Below, in pieces: positions 12,411-25,631 of a DNA stretch of 64,000 nucleotides; position 1 is the first letter of the stretch, and every line of letters starts with the position of its first letter. The notes beneath the pieces were generated by a model. That model worked only from the letters and a program-made list of their open reading frames with translations. It did not search any database and had not been told where the DNA came from. The stretch comes from Hemiscyllium ocellatum (Eukaryota): the NCBI RefSeq assembly GCF_020745735.1, contig NC_083416.1:69837131-69901130 (forward strand). Reading direction: 5' to 3'. Both the position numbers and the translations under genes were made by a program.

Positions 12411-13509
12411 CAGATTCGGAATATTAACTGGATTGGCTTTCTGAGCTGATGTCTGAAACCTAGGCACACAGCAAACTTGATGCTAATGGGGAATGAAACG
12501 CATGCTCTCTACACCTCTCCTCTTTTCCCCCCAGACGAAGTGTTGGAGACTGCGTCAGAAAACCATAGGAGACCATATGGTGCCCGGGACTCACAAGCAA
12601 TATACATGATTTAAAGGCTGTACAAAAAAAAAATCCAAACTCAATTTGCTTTTCATATCCCTGAGCCCTGTGTAATCCGTACACAACTGTCAGCGGTACC
12701 TACATACAGACCAACTTCCATCAAACTGCACAGCCCATCCAGAGTGAGGAAAGTAAAAGTAGCCAAGGGGGCCCCATGTGTCGGAGGAAATTAAGGGTAT
12801 TTGCAGAGAATGGGAAGTGCTTTGTCATGAAACTGTGTGTGAAATGCCCTTTGTTCTTTTATTATGGCGTTCATCGGATTCCTCATTCAAACCGCAGAGA
12901 TTTGGTATAATTGCTGATGACAGCAACTCTGTTAAATCTGGGAGATCAGGGCCAGCTGAAGTCTTTCCGATGAACGAGTTTGGAACTTAATCCAATTGAC
13001 ACATTGAACTGCAAAGCTGCTGGACGCTACTGAGGGAGACTGGCCAGTTTTTCGTAGAAATAATGATTTTATTTAGTAAAGATTGCCATATAAAGCTGAA
13101 AAAAGGGACGTGAACGGAATTTCTGCCCGGGGCAGCTACCATAACACATCAATAATGTCGACAAAACAGACACAACGGGTTATTCTTACCCTTATTTGTG
13201 GTTGCTTCCGATCCACGTTTAAAATGTTGTCCATTTCCAAGCTGGGAACAGAGAGTCGACACAAACTATTTCGTTTACTGTTGTGAAGTTCAATCTGAAA
13301 CTAAACGTAGGAAAAAAATGTTGCAGGTGCTGGAAATCTGATGCAAATTGAAAATACTGGAACATTCAGCAGAACCAGTCAGTGTCTGCTAGCACCTGTT
13401 CCACAGATAGTTTCTAAGCCCGCATATAATGAATTTCTAAACCAACAAAAATAATAATAATAATGATTTGCAATTTCATGTTGCCTCTCAAAATGATATG
13501 CTGCTGTTA

Positions 13510-13725
13510 TGTAAAAGCAAAATACTGCAGGTGCTGGAGATCTGAAACAAACACAGAATGCTGGAAAATCTCAGCAGGTCTGACAGCATCTGTAAGGAGA
13601 GAAAAGAGCTGACGTTTCGACAAAGCTTTGACAAAGGGTCAGTTAGACTCAAAACATCAGCAATGGTGTTCCTGATGAAGAGCGTATGCTCAATACGTTC
13701 ACTCTCCTGCTCCTCGGATGCTGCG
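13510..13725. mobile_element. Composite PLE-tail fragments with decayed HHR motifs
   Basis: ctgcaggtgctggagatctg...cagcaggtctgacagcatc...gacgtttcg followed by ttcctgatgaagagcgtatgctc...ctcctcggatgctgc. Confidence 0.65.
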
Positions 13726-15059
13726 AATTGACAGAATTGCAGTCAATCTTGCAGGAAATGTGGCTGGAAGATCATCTTTCCAACTACCATAGGATCAGGC
13801 CTGGATCACCACATTCAGTAATACTGGTTATAGGTTAACTATTCTCCAGTACGCAAGGGAGAACTCATGTTGTTCTCAAGTAGTGCCTTAGAATACAATA
13901 GAGCACCCCCACCCAGCCCCCAAGGAAGCAAATGTGAGCCTTGGGTTAATGTTTCATCAGAAAACTAATCCTTTAACAGGGCATCACCTTCTCTGTGCTT
14001 CTCTTCATCTAGGCTTTGTTCATTGCAGGTCTCTGGACAGGGCTTGAACTAACAACCGGGTAACTGAGGTGAGAGGACTATCAGCCTGTCATGTTGCAAT
14101 GATCACAAAAACGTTAGCTTGAAAGCGGGGGGGGGGGGGGGAGGGGGGAGATTACCCTGGAAAAGATAAGTGGAGAAATTGTTTTGTGAGCAGGACTAGC
14201 GGCTGACTAAATGTTAAAGCAATCGTCACAAATTCTGTTTCTAGGCCAGTGGGGAGAGGGGGTAGGAAAGAGCACTCATGCAACTAGCCTCTAGACAATA
14301 TTGGCAGTGGTTATGAACTTGCAAGTAGTTCTTCAGGTAACTTCCTTGCTCTTTCCAGGGTCATTCACGGACATAAGTCCCAATCAATTGCCCCATTGGA
14401 AATCACTGCCCTTTACTAAACTTGTAGCTGCAGGACCCATCTGCTTTTTCTTAACCTATTTTTCTAATCCCCCGTTCAGAGATTTTATTAAACACCCTTG
14501 CAGCAGGAAAGATTTGAATCCAGGCTTCCTGATTCAGAGGTGGGGATATTACTGCAGCACCACTAGAGCCCTTCTGCAGGATCAGCCTAAATGATGAGGT
14601 TCCTGTTTGCACTTGGAGCCAATTCTAAAACTTACGATTGGTTTGGTGCTTTCTACATTGAGTGAATAGCAAATTCACAGTAAAAGGATGCCCCAGTGAG
14701 AATATTATCATTGGGAAATGTACCCTTCTTTGAGTGAAGAAAAAGGTGATAAAATATACCATAACAGCGTCCGTTATGAATACCAAAAGTCCGAGGAATA
14801 GGCCAGTCAGCCTCTCCCATCCCCTCTCAGGGCTGTTCTGTCATTCAATTGTATCATGGATAATCCACGCCCCAACTTGATCTAAGAAACAATAATGATG
14901 TTGATCGAGAGATAAGTGGCTTGGATACTGGAGTGAACTCTCACACTCTTCTTTGAATTAATGCCAAGGAATTTTCATGTTAATCTGAATGTTCAGACTC
15001 AGTTATACAGATGTACAGCATGGAAACAGACCCTTCTGTTCAACTCATTCTTGCTTATT

Positions 15060-15280
15060 TGAAAGTCTCTCTCTAACACCAAGTAATGTTGACCTTGCTA
15101 ATGTTGATCTTGTTTTGTGCACTTTCTGTGTAGCTGTAACCTTCTATACCTCACTCTGTCTAAACACCCAACGATCTGTGTGTCCTTGTTTGCTTTGATC
15201 TGCCTGTACTGCACTCAAAACCAAGCTTTTCACTGTACTTAGGTACATGTGACTACAATAAATCAAATCAAATCAAAATT
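15060..15280 (+). mobile_element. Rex1/Babar-like LINE 3' UTR with (AAATC)n tail
   Basis: Similar to the 3' end of the Rex1-like copy at about 44730-44880 (taatgttga.cttg, gatctgcctgta.tgc). Confidence 0.65.
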
Positions 15281-15938
15281 AAATCAACACTTTTATTGGT
15301 GTCAGCCTGGGTTACAAACTCACATTCCTGGAGTGATGTTTGAATCCCAATTTCATAATTTTGAGGTAAGAATCTTACTAACTGAGAAAGCAATCCTGTG
15401 CAACATGTTTATCGTGACACAATTATTAAATTAAATCACATTCCCTCAGTGCAGATTCTTGGAACTGTTCTAAAGTTAGCAGCGGATGGTGAGCAATGTG
15501 CTGACATGTCTTATTGTGGAATAAGTTGAGCGTATTTTAGGAAAGGGCAAAATGTGTAATAAACCACATTCTAAATTTATACAATGTGTCATGGGAGCCT
15601 TAAAAGGAATCAAGGAAAACAAAGAAAAACAAACACCCAAATTACTGCCATTTTATTTGATATGCAGAGTTTCCTTTGTTTGTCATAGTGTAAAACGTCA
15701 TTATTGCAAGGGTTCAGGCAGATGTGACACCCACTTATTTTTGATCATATCTTTCAATCTGAGTGGTAGCATTAAACTTCATTGGCATATTGTGTTAATA
15801 AGTTCCAGTCTAGTACTGATCGCTAGTCATCTCTGTAAATTCCTAATTTGCGATGTTATCCAAGTCTTGAATGAAGCATATACAAATTACACGGGTGAGT
15901 CACTACACTCCTGTGTGGTTTAATAACATACATTAGAG

Positions 15939-16090
15939 ATAAAAATCACACAACATCAGGTTATAGTCTACCTGATGAAGGAGCGGCACTCCGAAAGCAA
16001 GTACTTCCAAATAAATCTGTTGGATTATAATCTGGCGTTGTGTGATTTTTAACTTTGTCCATCCCAGTCCAATACCAGCACCTCCACATT
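15939..16090. mobile_element. Asymmetric fold-back element, HHR family 2
   Basis: Short left arm, then CTGATGA-a-GGAG-cggca-CTCC-GAAA at 15972-15996; degenerate TSD atacattagag / atgcatcagag. Confidence 0.8.
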
Positions 16091-16389
16091 ATGCATCAGA
16101 GGATTCAATGGAATACAGTGTTATGGTCAGGGCAGAAAATTATGAGGACGATTCTAGATCTGGTTAGATCCTGGTTTCAGGTAAGGATCTGTTGATGGCA
16201 TAGATTATAAATAATTTACTCTAATTTGGAATTGAATTGTACAGACTACAGATGGTGACTAGTTCGTTCCATGGCTTATGTTGATTTCTTGAAGTAAAGT
16301 GTAAATATTGATCTCCACGAGATAAGGAAGTAGATAAGTTCAGGATTTCAGGTCCTCAATGATATCCACTGACTTATAACTGATAATGC

Positions 16390-16860
16390 AAACTTTCAGG
16401 GGTTACCATTGACCAGAAACTGAATTGGACCAACCATGAGAATACTGCGGCTACAGTAATAGGCCAGAGACAGGGGATTCTGCAGCATGTAACTCATCTC
16501 CAGTCTCCCAAATGCCTGTTCACCACCCATAAGGCAGAAGCTAAGAAAATGTTGAAATACTGTCCACTTGCCAGAATGAATACAGCTCTACTCAAGAAGC
16601 TCGACACCATCCAGGATTAAGCCAAGGGCAGTCACTCTCACTTCAGCTCTGGAATTCAGCTCTTTTATCCATGTTTGAAGCTTTAACGAGGTCAGGAACT
16701 GTGTGGTTCTGGCAGAACCCAAACAAAGAGACAATGAGTACATTATTGCAAAACTAGTGCTGCTTGATAGCATTGTTGATCACACCTTCCATCACTCTAC
16801 TGAAGATCAAGAGGAGACTAATGGGTCAGAAATTGTCTGGGCTGGATTTGTCCTGCTCGT
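16390..16860. mobile_element. CR1-like LINE fragment with internal orientation switch near 16625
   Basis: + strand part resembles 22290-22965; from about 16625 it resembles the minus-strand copy at 62570-62800 (aagggcagtcactctcac...ctggaattc). Confidence 0.6.
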
Positions 16861-17244
16861 TGATTATCAACCTTTTTGTGTGAACCCACAAATTCAAAGT
16901 CTAGCCTGTAGGTTGAGGATACAGTCCAACATTCAAATGGCTTTACTTTTAAAAATGATGGATTAATGAACTCCAGAAAAAGACTCAGCTAAGCTATATA
17001 GCGAGTAGTTAAGTGAAAAAGGACATGAAGATTCCGCATTGACATCCAGTCTGTGCAATGATGGCTGACCTGAAAGACAGCACTGATTAGCTTATTACAT
17101 TTGCCTCAGCATGATTGGTTTAGGAAGGGAAAGTTTAAGTAGAATTCATGTTTCTAATTGCTATCTACCATTTGCACAAGAATGTGTGTCCGTGGGGATG
17201 GGATGTTTTAATCCTTTATAGTGAGATACCACAGCACTATATCC

Positions 17245-17532
17245 TAGAATCCCTACAGTGTGGAAGCAGGCCCTTCAGCCCAATTAGTCCACACTGACCC
17301 TCCAAAGAATAACCCACCCAGAACCATTCCTCTTACCCTATATTTACCCTTAATCGAACACTATGGACAATTTAGAATGGCCAATTTACCTAACTTACAC
17401 ATCTTCAGATTGTGGGAGGAAACCCATGCAGACATGAGGAGAATGTGCAAACTCCACACAGACAGTCACCCAAGGCTGGAATCAAACCTGGGACTCTGGC
17501 ACTGTGAGGCAGCAGTGCTAACCACTGTGCAT
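17245..17532 (-). mobile_element. HE1-type V-SINE
   Basis: Reverse complement of tRNA-like head (cagtggttagcactgctgcctcacag), V-domain and tail. Confidence 0.9.
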
Positions 17533-17639
17533 CTTGCCAAGGCTCACACACGGATAATGATGACCTGGGAAATGAGGGAGCCTCATACATTAAAAACAAC
17601 ACCAGAGAAAAGGTTCAGTGACTTTAGGACAGGGGTTTG

Positions 17640-19430
17640 GGGAACAGCCTAGCGATATTAACACTCAGCTGTTACTCCAGAGCTGCTGGGGTTGGACTGG
17701 ATGGACAAAGCTAAAACATCACCAGGTTATCGTCCAACAAGTTTATTTGGAAATACAAGCTTTCAGAGCACTGCTCCTTCATCAGGTAGCTAGTGGGGCA
17801 GGATCATAGGACACAGAATTCATTGTAAAAGATCAAAGGGTCATACAATTCATGCAATGTTTTGAACAAACCTAAATTGTTGTTAAGTCTTTAATCACTT
17901 AGAATGGGTGCAAGTTTCAATTCATTCATTAATATGTAAATCCCAGAACATCTTTCAAGTCACATTCCCAAGAAAACTGAAGGTTTTATAAAAAGAAAGT
18001 TGACATCTCAGCTCAGACAACGCATTAAAAGTGTGAAGTTAGAATCTGTCTGTATCCCAATCTTGAGTCGGACCAGTTCTATTTCCAAAATAGAAATTGA
18101 TAAAATGTTACGTGGACAGACTGCCTACAGATTTATGTGTTTTTTGAACAAGATAGAATGTACCTGCTAATACAAATCTGCAAATGCAAATTCACATCTT
18201 AGGCTTATATGTGTGTGCGTGGGTGTGAGAGAGTGAGAGAGTAGGAGAGTGTGTGTGTGTGTGTGTGCATATGTGCACGAATGTTACAAAGTGTATGCCT
18301 GTGAGAGGGTGTGCGCATGAGTGTGAGTATGTGTATGTCTGAGAGAGAGCATAAATATGAGAGAGTGGCTTTGTGCGTGTGACTGTGATCATGTGTAAGA
18401 TGTGTGTGCAGACTCACATACTGTCTCTCAGACACACACTGTCTCTCAGACACACAAACACACGTTCACACTTATGTGCACACCCTCTCACAGGCATATA
18501 CTCCATCACACTCATGTACACACACACACTTGCACTCACATACTCTCTCACTCTCTCTCCCACACACGCACACACACTTACTCTCTCACACTGTCTCTCC
18601 CTCACACCCACGCACACACATATAAGTCTAAGGAACGAATTTGCATTTGCAGATACATTCCATCTTGTTCAAAAAGCACACAATCTAGGCAGTCAGTCCA
18701 TGTAACATTTTGTCAATTCCTATTTTGGAAATAGAACCAGTCTGACTCAAGGTTGGGATACAGACAGACTCTAACCTCACACCTTTAATTCATTATCTGA
18801 GCTGAGATGTCACCTTCTTTAATAAAAGCTTAAGTTGCCTTCAGAATGTGGTTTGAAAGAAGTTCTCGGATTTACATTAATGAATCAAAACCTGCAACCC
18901 CATTCTAAAAGATGAATGACTTAACAGCAATCTAGGTTTGTTCAATACATTGCATCAATTGTATGACATTTTGATCTTTTACTATGAATTCTGTGTCCTA
19001 TGATCTTCCTCCACTAGCAACCTATCAAAGGAGCAGCGCTCTGAAAGCATGTACTTCCAAATAAACCTGTTGGACTATAACCTGGTGTGTGATTTTTTAA
19101 CTTTATCCAGAGACACAGGTAATGTTCCAGGAATCAGGGTTCGAATCTGGCCACAGCAGATGTTGGAATTTGAATTTGATAAGAAGAGCTCTGGAATTAA
19201 GAGTCTCATGATGACCATTGTCAGTTCTTAGAGAGAAAAAAAATCTGAGTTTAGGAGTTGGGGCATCATGGTTCACTAATGTCCTCTAGGGAAGGAAACT
19301 GCCACCTTCACCTGATCTGGCCTATGTGTAACTCCAAGAGCACAACTATAACTCTTAGCTGCCCTGTGGGCCATTAAGGATGGGCAATAAATGCTGCCTA
19401 GCTCTCATCCTGCGAATGTGTATGAAAAAA
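17640..19430 (+). mobile_element. tRNA-derived SINE (CR1-like tail ggatgggcaataaatgctg) split by a 1.4-kb fold-back insertion
   Basis: Head 17640-17682 resumes at 19106 (tccagag duplicated) into B-box ggttcgaatc; uninterrupted relative at 33628-33965. Confidence 0.7.
17683..19105. mobile_element. About 1.4-kb inverted-repeat element (long HHR family 2 termini head-to-head) with central (TG)n/(CA)n mosaic
   Basis: Arms of about 700 bp align in reverse (e.g. cataggacacagaattca / tgaattctgtgtcctatg; gacatctcagctcaga / tctgagctgagatgtc); symmetry centre near 18410. Confidence 0.9.
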
Positions 19431-20399
19431 ACATTGACAAGAGAATTTTAAGAAACCCTTAGTTAGACCTAAATAAAAAAAATTCTCAAAGTACCTGTAT
19501 GATACTGTCTTTTATAATTATGTATAAAATTACAAGATAATCTACAAGCTCGCAACAAATGAGTCGGCAATAATTGAATCAAGAGCTTGGTGTCATAAAT
19601 TCTGGAGGGAAGTTCAAGACATTCATCATTACAGCCCTTTGATTTAATTGCTCCTTTGAACCTCTGCCAGATGATGTTGTTCTTTATAGTAATTTTAAGC
19701 AGTTTAGTATTTATTATTAAAAATAGGATGAGTCACTTGCTAGTGAAAGACTGACAGCTTTAGTATTGTGCTTTAATCTTTGGGACACTTGGGAAAGTAA
19801 TCAAGAGGCAACTGCAACCAGATGAAGTTCCCCAATTTGGTTTGATTCCAGATGGAATGCCCCTAATTGTTAAGTGAGGAGAGATGCATTGGCTTCTCTT
19901 TTTTATTCACTATTCCCTTGATTGGTCACAATAAGGTTAATTTACAATGGATCCCTTTCCTTCTGGATACCTTTCTCCCAAACCCAAATGAACGTCTGCT
20001 TCAAAAAGTGTCAATAGAATCAGGCCTTCTTGAATTAGCAGAGAGTTGGTTTATTGATTACTGGATGCGAAAGGAATAGTAACGCAACACACCCAGAGAA
20101 ATAAGAGGTAAATTTGTAAGGATAAAAGTCAAATCAAAATCTACAAAGAATAGTTCATGGCAAGCAAGTAAAAGAATATTGCAGCTGTTAGTAGGTGGAA
20201 CTGATGGTATTGATGTGAGCAGTTGAGCAGTCAATTCTGAGATTCTTGATTTTGCAAATTCTGTCCTAAATTCTGTCAACGGTGTCTGAACTGCAGCATT
20301 TAGAGTTTGTGTGAGAGAGAGAGAGAGACTTGCCCTTTGTTTTACCTGCTGTGCAAAGAAGGTAACAATGGTTACAGAAAAAGCTGTGGTCCTCACTGA

Positions 20400-21177
20400 A
20401 ATCTAGTCCAGACACTGGATGCCCAGGTGTTGCATTTTGATAAGACAAACCAGGGCAGGACTTACACAGTCAATGGTAGGGGCACTAGGGAGTGTTGTCA
20501 AATAAAAAGACTTAGAGGTTCAGGTGCATAGTTCTTTGAAGATTGCAGCACAGGTAGACAGGGTGTAAAGGAGGTATTGGGACACTTGCCTTCATTGGTC
20601 AGAATGTTGAGTATTGGAGTTGAGACATTATGTTGCAGCTGTACAGAACATTGGCGAGGCCACTTTTGGAGTACTACATGCAGTTGTGGTCGTTCTGCTT
20701 TAGGAAGCATATTAAATTGGACAGGGTGCAGAAAAGATTTACAAACATGTTACTGATACTGGAGAGTTTGAGTTATTTGGACAGGCTGGATAGGCTGGGA
20801 CATTTTTCGCTGGACCGTAGGAGGTTGAGCAGTGACCTTATGGAGGTTCATAAAACATGAGGGGCATAGATAAGGTGAATAGCAAAGGTCTTTTTCCTGG
20901 GGTAGGGGAGTTCAAATCTAGAAGGCATAGGTTTGAGTGGGGAACAATTTAAAAGGGAACTGAGGGGCAACATTTTCAGTCAGAGGGTAGTGCATATATG
21001 GAAAAAACTCCCTGAGGAAGTGGTAGATGCTTGTACAGTTACAACATTTAAAAGACATTTGGACTGTACATAGATAGAAAAGATTTAGAGGGATATGGGC
21101 CAACCGCAGGAAAAACAGGACTAGTTTAGTTTGGAAAACCTGGATGAATTGGACTGAAATGCTCTAGGACTCTATGA
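20400..21177 (+). mobile_element. HER1/CR1 LINE 3' fragment
   Basis: MLQLYRTLARPLLEYYMQLWS...RVQKRFT CR1 ORF2 C-terminus; tail actctatgac. Confidence 0.9.
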
Positions 21178-21273
21178 CAGAGGTTCACCAGAATAATCTC
21201 TGGGATGGCAGAACTTTCCTATGAGACAAATTTGGCAAAACTGAACCCGTTCAGAAGAATGAAAAGTGATCTT

Positions 21274-21738
21274 AGAATCATAGAATCATGCAGATGTAAA
21301 GCACAGAAACAGACTCTTCGGTCCAACTCGTCCATGTTGAACAGATATCCCAACCTAATTTAGTCCCATTTGCCAGCACTTGGCCCTGTGAACGCTTCCT
21401 ATTCATATACCCATCCAGATGTCTTTTAAATGTTGTAATTGTACCAGCTTCCACCACTTCCTCTGGCAACTCATTCCATACACACACCACCATCTCGTGA
21501 AAAGGTTGCTCCTTAGGTCTCTTTTAAATCTTTCCTGCCTTACCTAAACCTATGGTCTCTAGTTCCGGATTCGCCAAACCCAGGGAAAAATACCTTGTCT
21601 ATTCACCCTATCCATGCCCCTCATGATATTACAAACCTACAGAAGGTAACCCCTCAGCCTCCAACACTCCAGGATAAAAAAAGCCCCAGCCTATTTTCCC
21701 TGTAGCTCAAACACTCCAACACTTGCAACATCTTTTTT
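21274..21738 (-). mobile_element. HER1/CR1 LINE 3' end nested in an older + strand CR1 relic (about 21180-22060)
   Basis: VWNELPEEVVEAGTITTFKRHLD; tail repeat agaatcatagaatcat. Confidence 0.88.
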
Positions 21739-22289
21739 GAAATCTACAAAATTCTCAACAGCCTAGATGGAGTAGAAGCAGAAAGGATATTTTCCCTGGT
21801 TCGGCTGTTCTATAACAGTGGAGACAGTCATACAACAAGGGGCAAGTCTTTTAGTAAGAAAGTGAGGAGGAATTTATTCTCTCTGTCAATCTTTGGAATT
21901 CTCTACTGAGGAATTTGGAAATGCAGCAATTAAGAATGTTCAAGCCAGAGTTTGATGGATTTCAACATACTAATAATAACTTGGAATTTAGAGATAGTGT
22001 GAGGTGGATGATCAACCATATTCTAGGATGGTTTGAAGGGCCAAATGGCCTACTCCTCTATGTTCAAAATAACTTTAAAAGCATTTGGAAATTCACTAAA
22101 ACTACTGTATAAATATGCAAAACATACTGGGACCTCTATGACTGTTAATGCATCGAATAAACCATTGATATCAGTTTGATTCAATCACATACATTACCCA
22201 CTTGCAGCTAGACCTGAACAATAAGTGGTCTTGGGCTTTTAAATGGAAAGTTTCATTTGTGGCTCCTATGTACCAGGTAAACAAGCATC

Positions 22290-22965
22290 TCCAAAATGAG
22301 ACCTTAAGATTCAATGGTAGTAACATGGTCACATTTCCCTCGAACAACATTCTTGGGGAGACTGCCACGATATATTAGAAACGTACCATACCCAGCTATA
22401 TACATATTGTGGCTATAAGGATTGACAGAAGCTACAGACTCTGAGATGAGTAACTCAACTTTTGACTCCCCGCGATTCTTTTATTACCTCCAAGGTACAA
22501 GGCAGGAGTGTGATGGAACATTCTTCACATACCTCAATGAATGCAGCTCCACAAATACTCAGTAAGTTCAATACAACAGGATAAAGCAACAGGCTTGATT
22601 GGCAACCCATCACCATTTTAAACATTTTCTCCTTCCACCTCCACCATCTCAACATTAGTGTGTGCCAGATGGAAGATGCATTCCAGCAACTCCTGAATGT
22701 TTATCAACAGAACCCTCTACATGACCAAGGGAAATAAACACATGGGAACACCACGACCTACAAGTTCCCCTCTAAGTCACACACCTGTCCTGACTTGGGA
22801 ATAAATCAGCGTTCCTTCATTGTTGTTGGGACAAAAATCTAGAATACTTTTGCTAACAGCTCAGTGGCTGTATATGCACCAAATAGACTGCAATCCTCCC
22901 ACAAGGCAGCTGACCAACATCTTCTCACCTTGTCAACAAGCTCACATCCTGTGAATGAATGAAAA
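22290..22965 (+). mobile_element. Decayed CR1-like LINE 3' fragment
   Basis: caaggtacaaggcaggagtgtgatggaaca; gggaacaccacgacctacaagttcccctctaag; tail cacatcctgtgaatgaatgaaaa. Confidence 0.7.
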
Positions 22966-23980
22966 TTGTCTCACTGAATCAGATGTTAGTCATTCTAAAC
23001 CTTACTTTACTGGTTTAGTACATCATCTAGGCTGATACTGCAATACAGTTCTGAGTAAATGAAGCAAAAATAGAAAATAATGATGCTTGTCAATGGGTTA
23101 GCCATAAACTATATCAGAAAAAAAGGTAGAATTAAGTAGAATTCATGTCTAGAAGAGTTTCAAAATAATCAAGTGAGTTTGAGATGTATCTGAGAGATAA
23201 GGTGTATATAAAAAATGTCATTGCTTTTGGAACATGAAAAATAGTTTAGTATCATATGGACTTATAAAGGCAAATTTATTTACTTTAATATATTTATAGT
23301 ATTATAGGAATAATTGTTATGGTTTCAGGCAGATAATTTATATATTCATAGCCCATTTTGTCTTAACTAAATTTAAGAAGTCCATCTATTTAAGGACTTG
23401 TATCAACAATGTGATGAACTGGGTTATATTTTCCATTCTATGGCATTCCTGGTGAATTTATTCTGTGCTGATTTTAATATCCATTCTAAAATGGAGCAGG
23501 GAGAACCACACACAGCTTTGCCACTGTGACCTAACCAACACTAAATTTCCTCACCTTTGTACCAGTCTTGAAAGATTCTCACATAACACCAAGGTGCTGA
23601 ATCACTTTGCTTGAAAACCATTGCTGAGTGTTTTCAAATGTTCCCAAAATGTTTACAACTAATGAACTGCCTTTCGAAGTACAGTTACTGTTGTAATGTC
23701 TGCTCATCTGTAAAAAATTTTGCAATGTTTGAAAGGCACAATGTAAGGATTGTCCTATTGTTCCATCTTTTTCAAATGCATTCAGGAAGTGCATCCTATG
23801 TTCTTGTCCAACAATGAAAGAAGCTTTGCTTGCTTTAGTTCTGGGAAACAAAGTTGAGCCAAATAACCTATGTGAAAGTAGGAGAACAGTTGAAAAGTCG
23901 TGACCAGAATGTAGTTACCTTCTTTAGAAGAACAGGCAGTAAATATGTGAAGCAAAGATAAGGAATGCTGGACTGGAACA

Positions 23981-24891
23981 CTGTATCATCCTCCGTCATT
24001 TCCGCCACTTCCAGACAGACCCCACCACTAGGGATATATTTCCCTCTCTACCCCTACCAGCATTCAGGAGAGACCACTCCCTCTGTGACTCCCTCGTCAG
24101 GTCCACACCCCCCACCAACCCAACCTCCACTCCCGGCACCTTCCCCTGCAACCGCAAGAAGTGCAAAACTTGCACCCACACCTCCCCCCTCACCTCCCTC
24201 CAAGGCCCCAATGGATCCCTCTAAGTCCCCTCGCAAATTCACCTGCACCTCCACACACGTCATTTACTGTATCCGCTGCACCCGATGTGGTCTCCTCTAC
24301 ATTGGGTAGACAGGCCGCCTACATGCGGAACATTTCAGGGAACACCTCTGGAATGCCCGCACCAACCAACCCAACCGCTCCCTGGCTGAGCACTTTAGCT
24401 CCCCCTCCCACTCCGCCAAGGACATGCAGGTCCTTGGCCTCCTCCATCACCAGACCCTGGCCACACGACGCCTGGAAGAAGAGCGCCTCATCTTCCGCTA
24501 GGAACCCTCCAACCACCCGGGATGAATGTAGATTTCTCCAGCTTCCTCATTTCCCCTCCCCCCACCTTATCTCAGTCCCAACCCTCGGATTCATCACCAC
24601 CCGCTTGACCTGCAATCTTCTTCCCGACCTCTCCATCCCCACCCCCTCTCCGGCCTATCACCCTCACCCTCACCTCCTTCCACCAATCGTATTCCCAGTG
24701 CCCCTCCCCCAAATTCCCTCCCCCCTATGTTTTATCTCAGCCCACTTGGCACACCAGCCTCATTCCTGAAGAAGGGCTTATGCCCGAAATGTCGATTCTC
24801 CTGCTCCTCGGATGCTGTCTGCCCTGCTGTGTTTTCCCAGCACCACATTTTTCAACTCTGGTACTCCAGCATCTGCAGTCCTCACTTTCTC
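23981..24891 (+). mobile_element. 5'-truncated Neptune-type PLE with 13-bp TSD and HHR motif (about 24762-24797)
   Basis: TSD ctggactggaaca at 23968-23980 and 24892-24904; IYCIRCTRCGLLYIG relic; attcctgaagaagggcttatgcccgaaatgtcgatt. Confidence 0.93.
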
Positions 24892-25631
24892 CTGGACTGG
24901 AACAAGCAAAGTTTACCAAGATGAGAGGAAATTTGCCCAAATCAACTGAGCAGATAAATCTGTAAAGAGGTTGACAGATCAGCAGTGGTAACTGAGTTTA
25001 ATGAGGAGGGACATCTAATTTTAACATTGGTCAGTGGTTAAGTTTATAGGAGAAGAAGAAGGTGAAGAGATAATAAAGTTTAGAGAAGAAATCATAGGAA
25101 TGAACTGCAGACACCTCAACTCTGTAAAGGGACTGCATGTTACACAGAAGATTGGAGTCAAAGAACTTAAAATACAATACCAACCTTCCCAACCAACACC
25201 AGTTTCATTTGGATTGGGCAACAATTTGAGGTATAATTGCTTTATCTTTGTAAGGTTCGTGCCAGCAGACTCAGAACATAATCATGAAACTAGCTCTGCA
25301 GTTCAAGAAGAAAATATTTGGAAATATCAGTCAATTAAGATTTCAGACAATTGAGATAGAAGTGAAAGTTCTCTATAATTGAATATCTATAAAAGGATAG
25401 TATTGGAAAAACATGTTGAAATTTTGTTTTGCTATTGGTGTTAAGATTCATTTTTTATATTAAGATCTTCCTAACTATCTTAGATATACAGTTTTGTTTG
25501 TTCTTTATTCCTTAGTGTAATAAACCTATGTTCTTTCATTAAAGTACAGCCTGCAGCCTTGTGAGACTATGTGATCAGTGACAACCCATTATAGTAACCA
25601 GCTGCAAAAATGAAACATGTGATCCATCCAG

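Noticed and set aside
14127-14149. G-run as a functional G-quadruplex
   Set aside because: Simple homopolymer with no supporting context, and its length may be unreliable.
18192-18734. His/Thr-rich and Val/Cys-rich ORFs
   Set aside because: Translations of (CA)n/(TG)n microsatellite mosaics.
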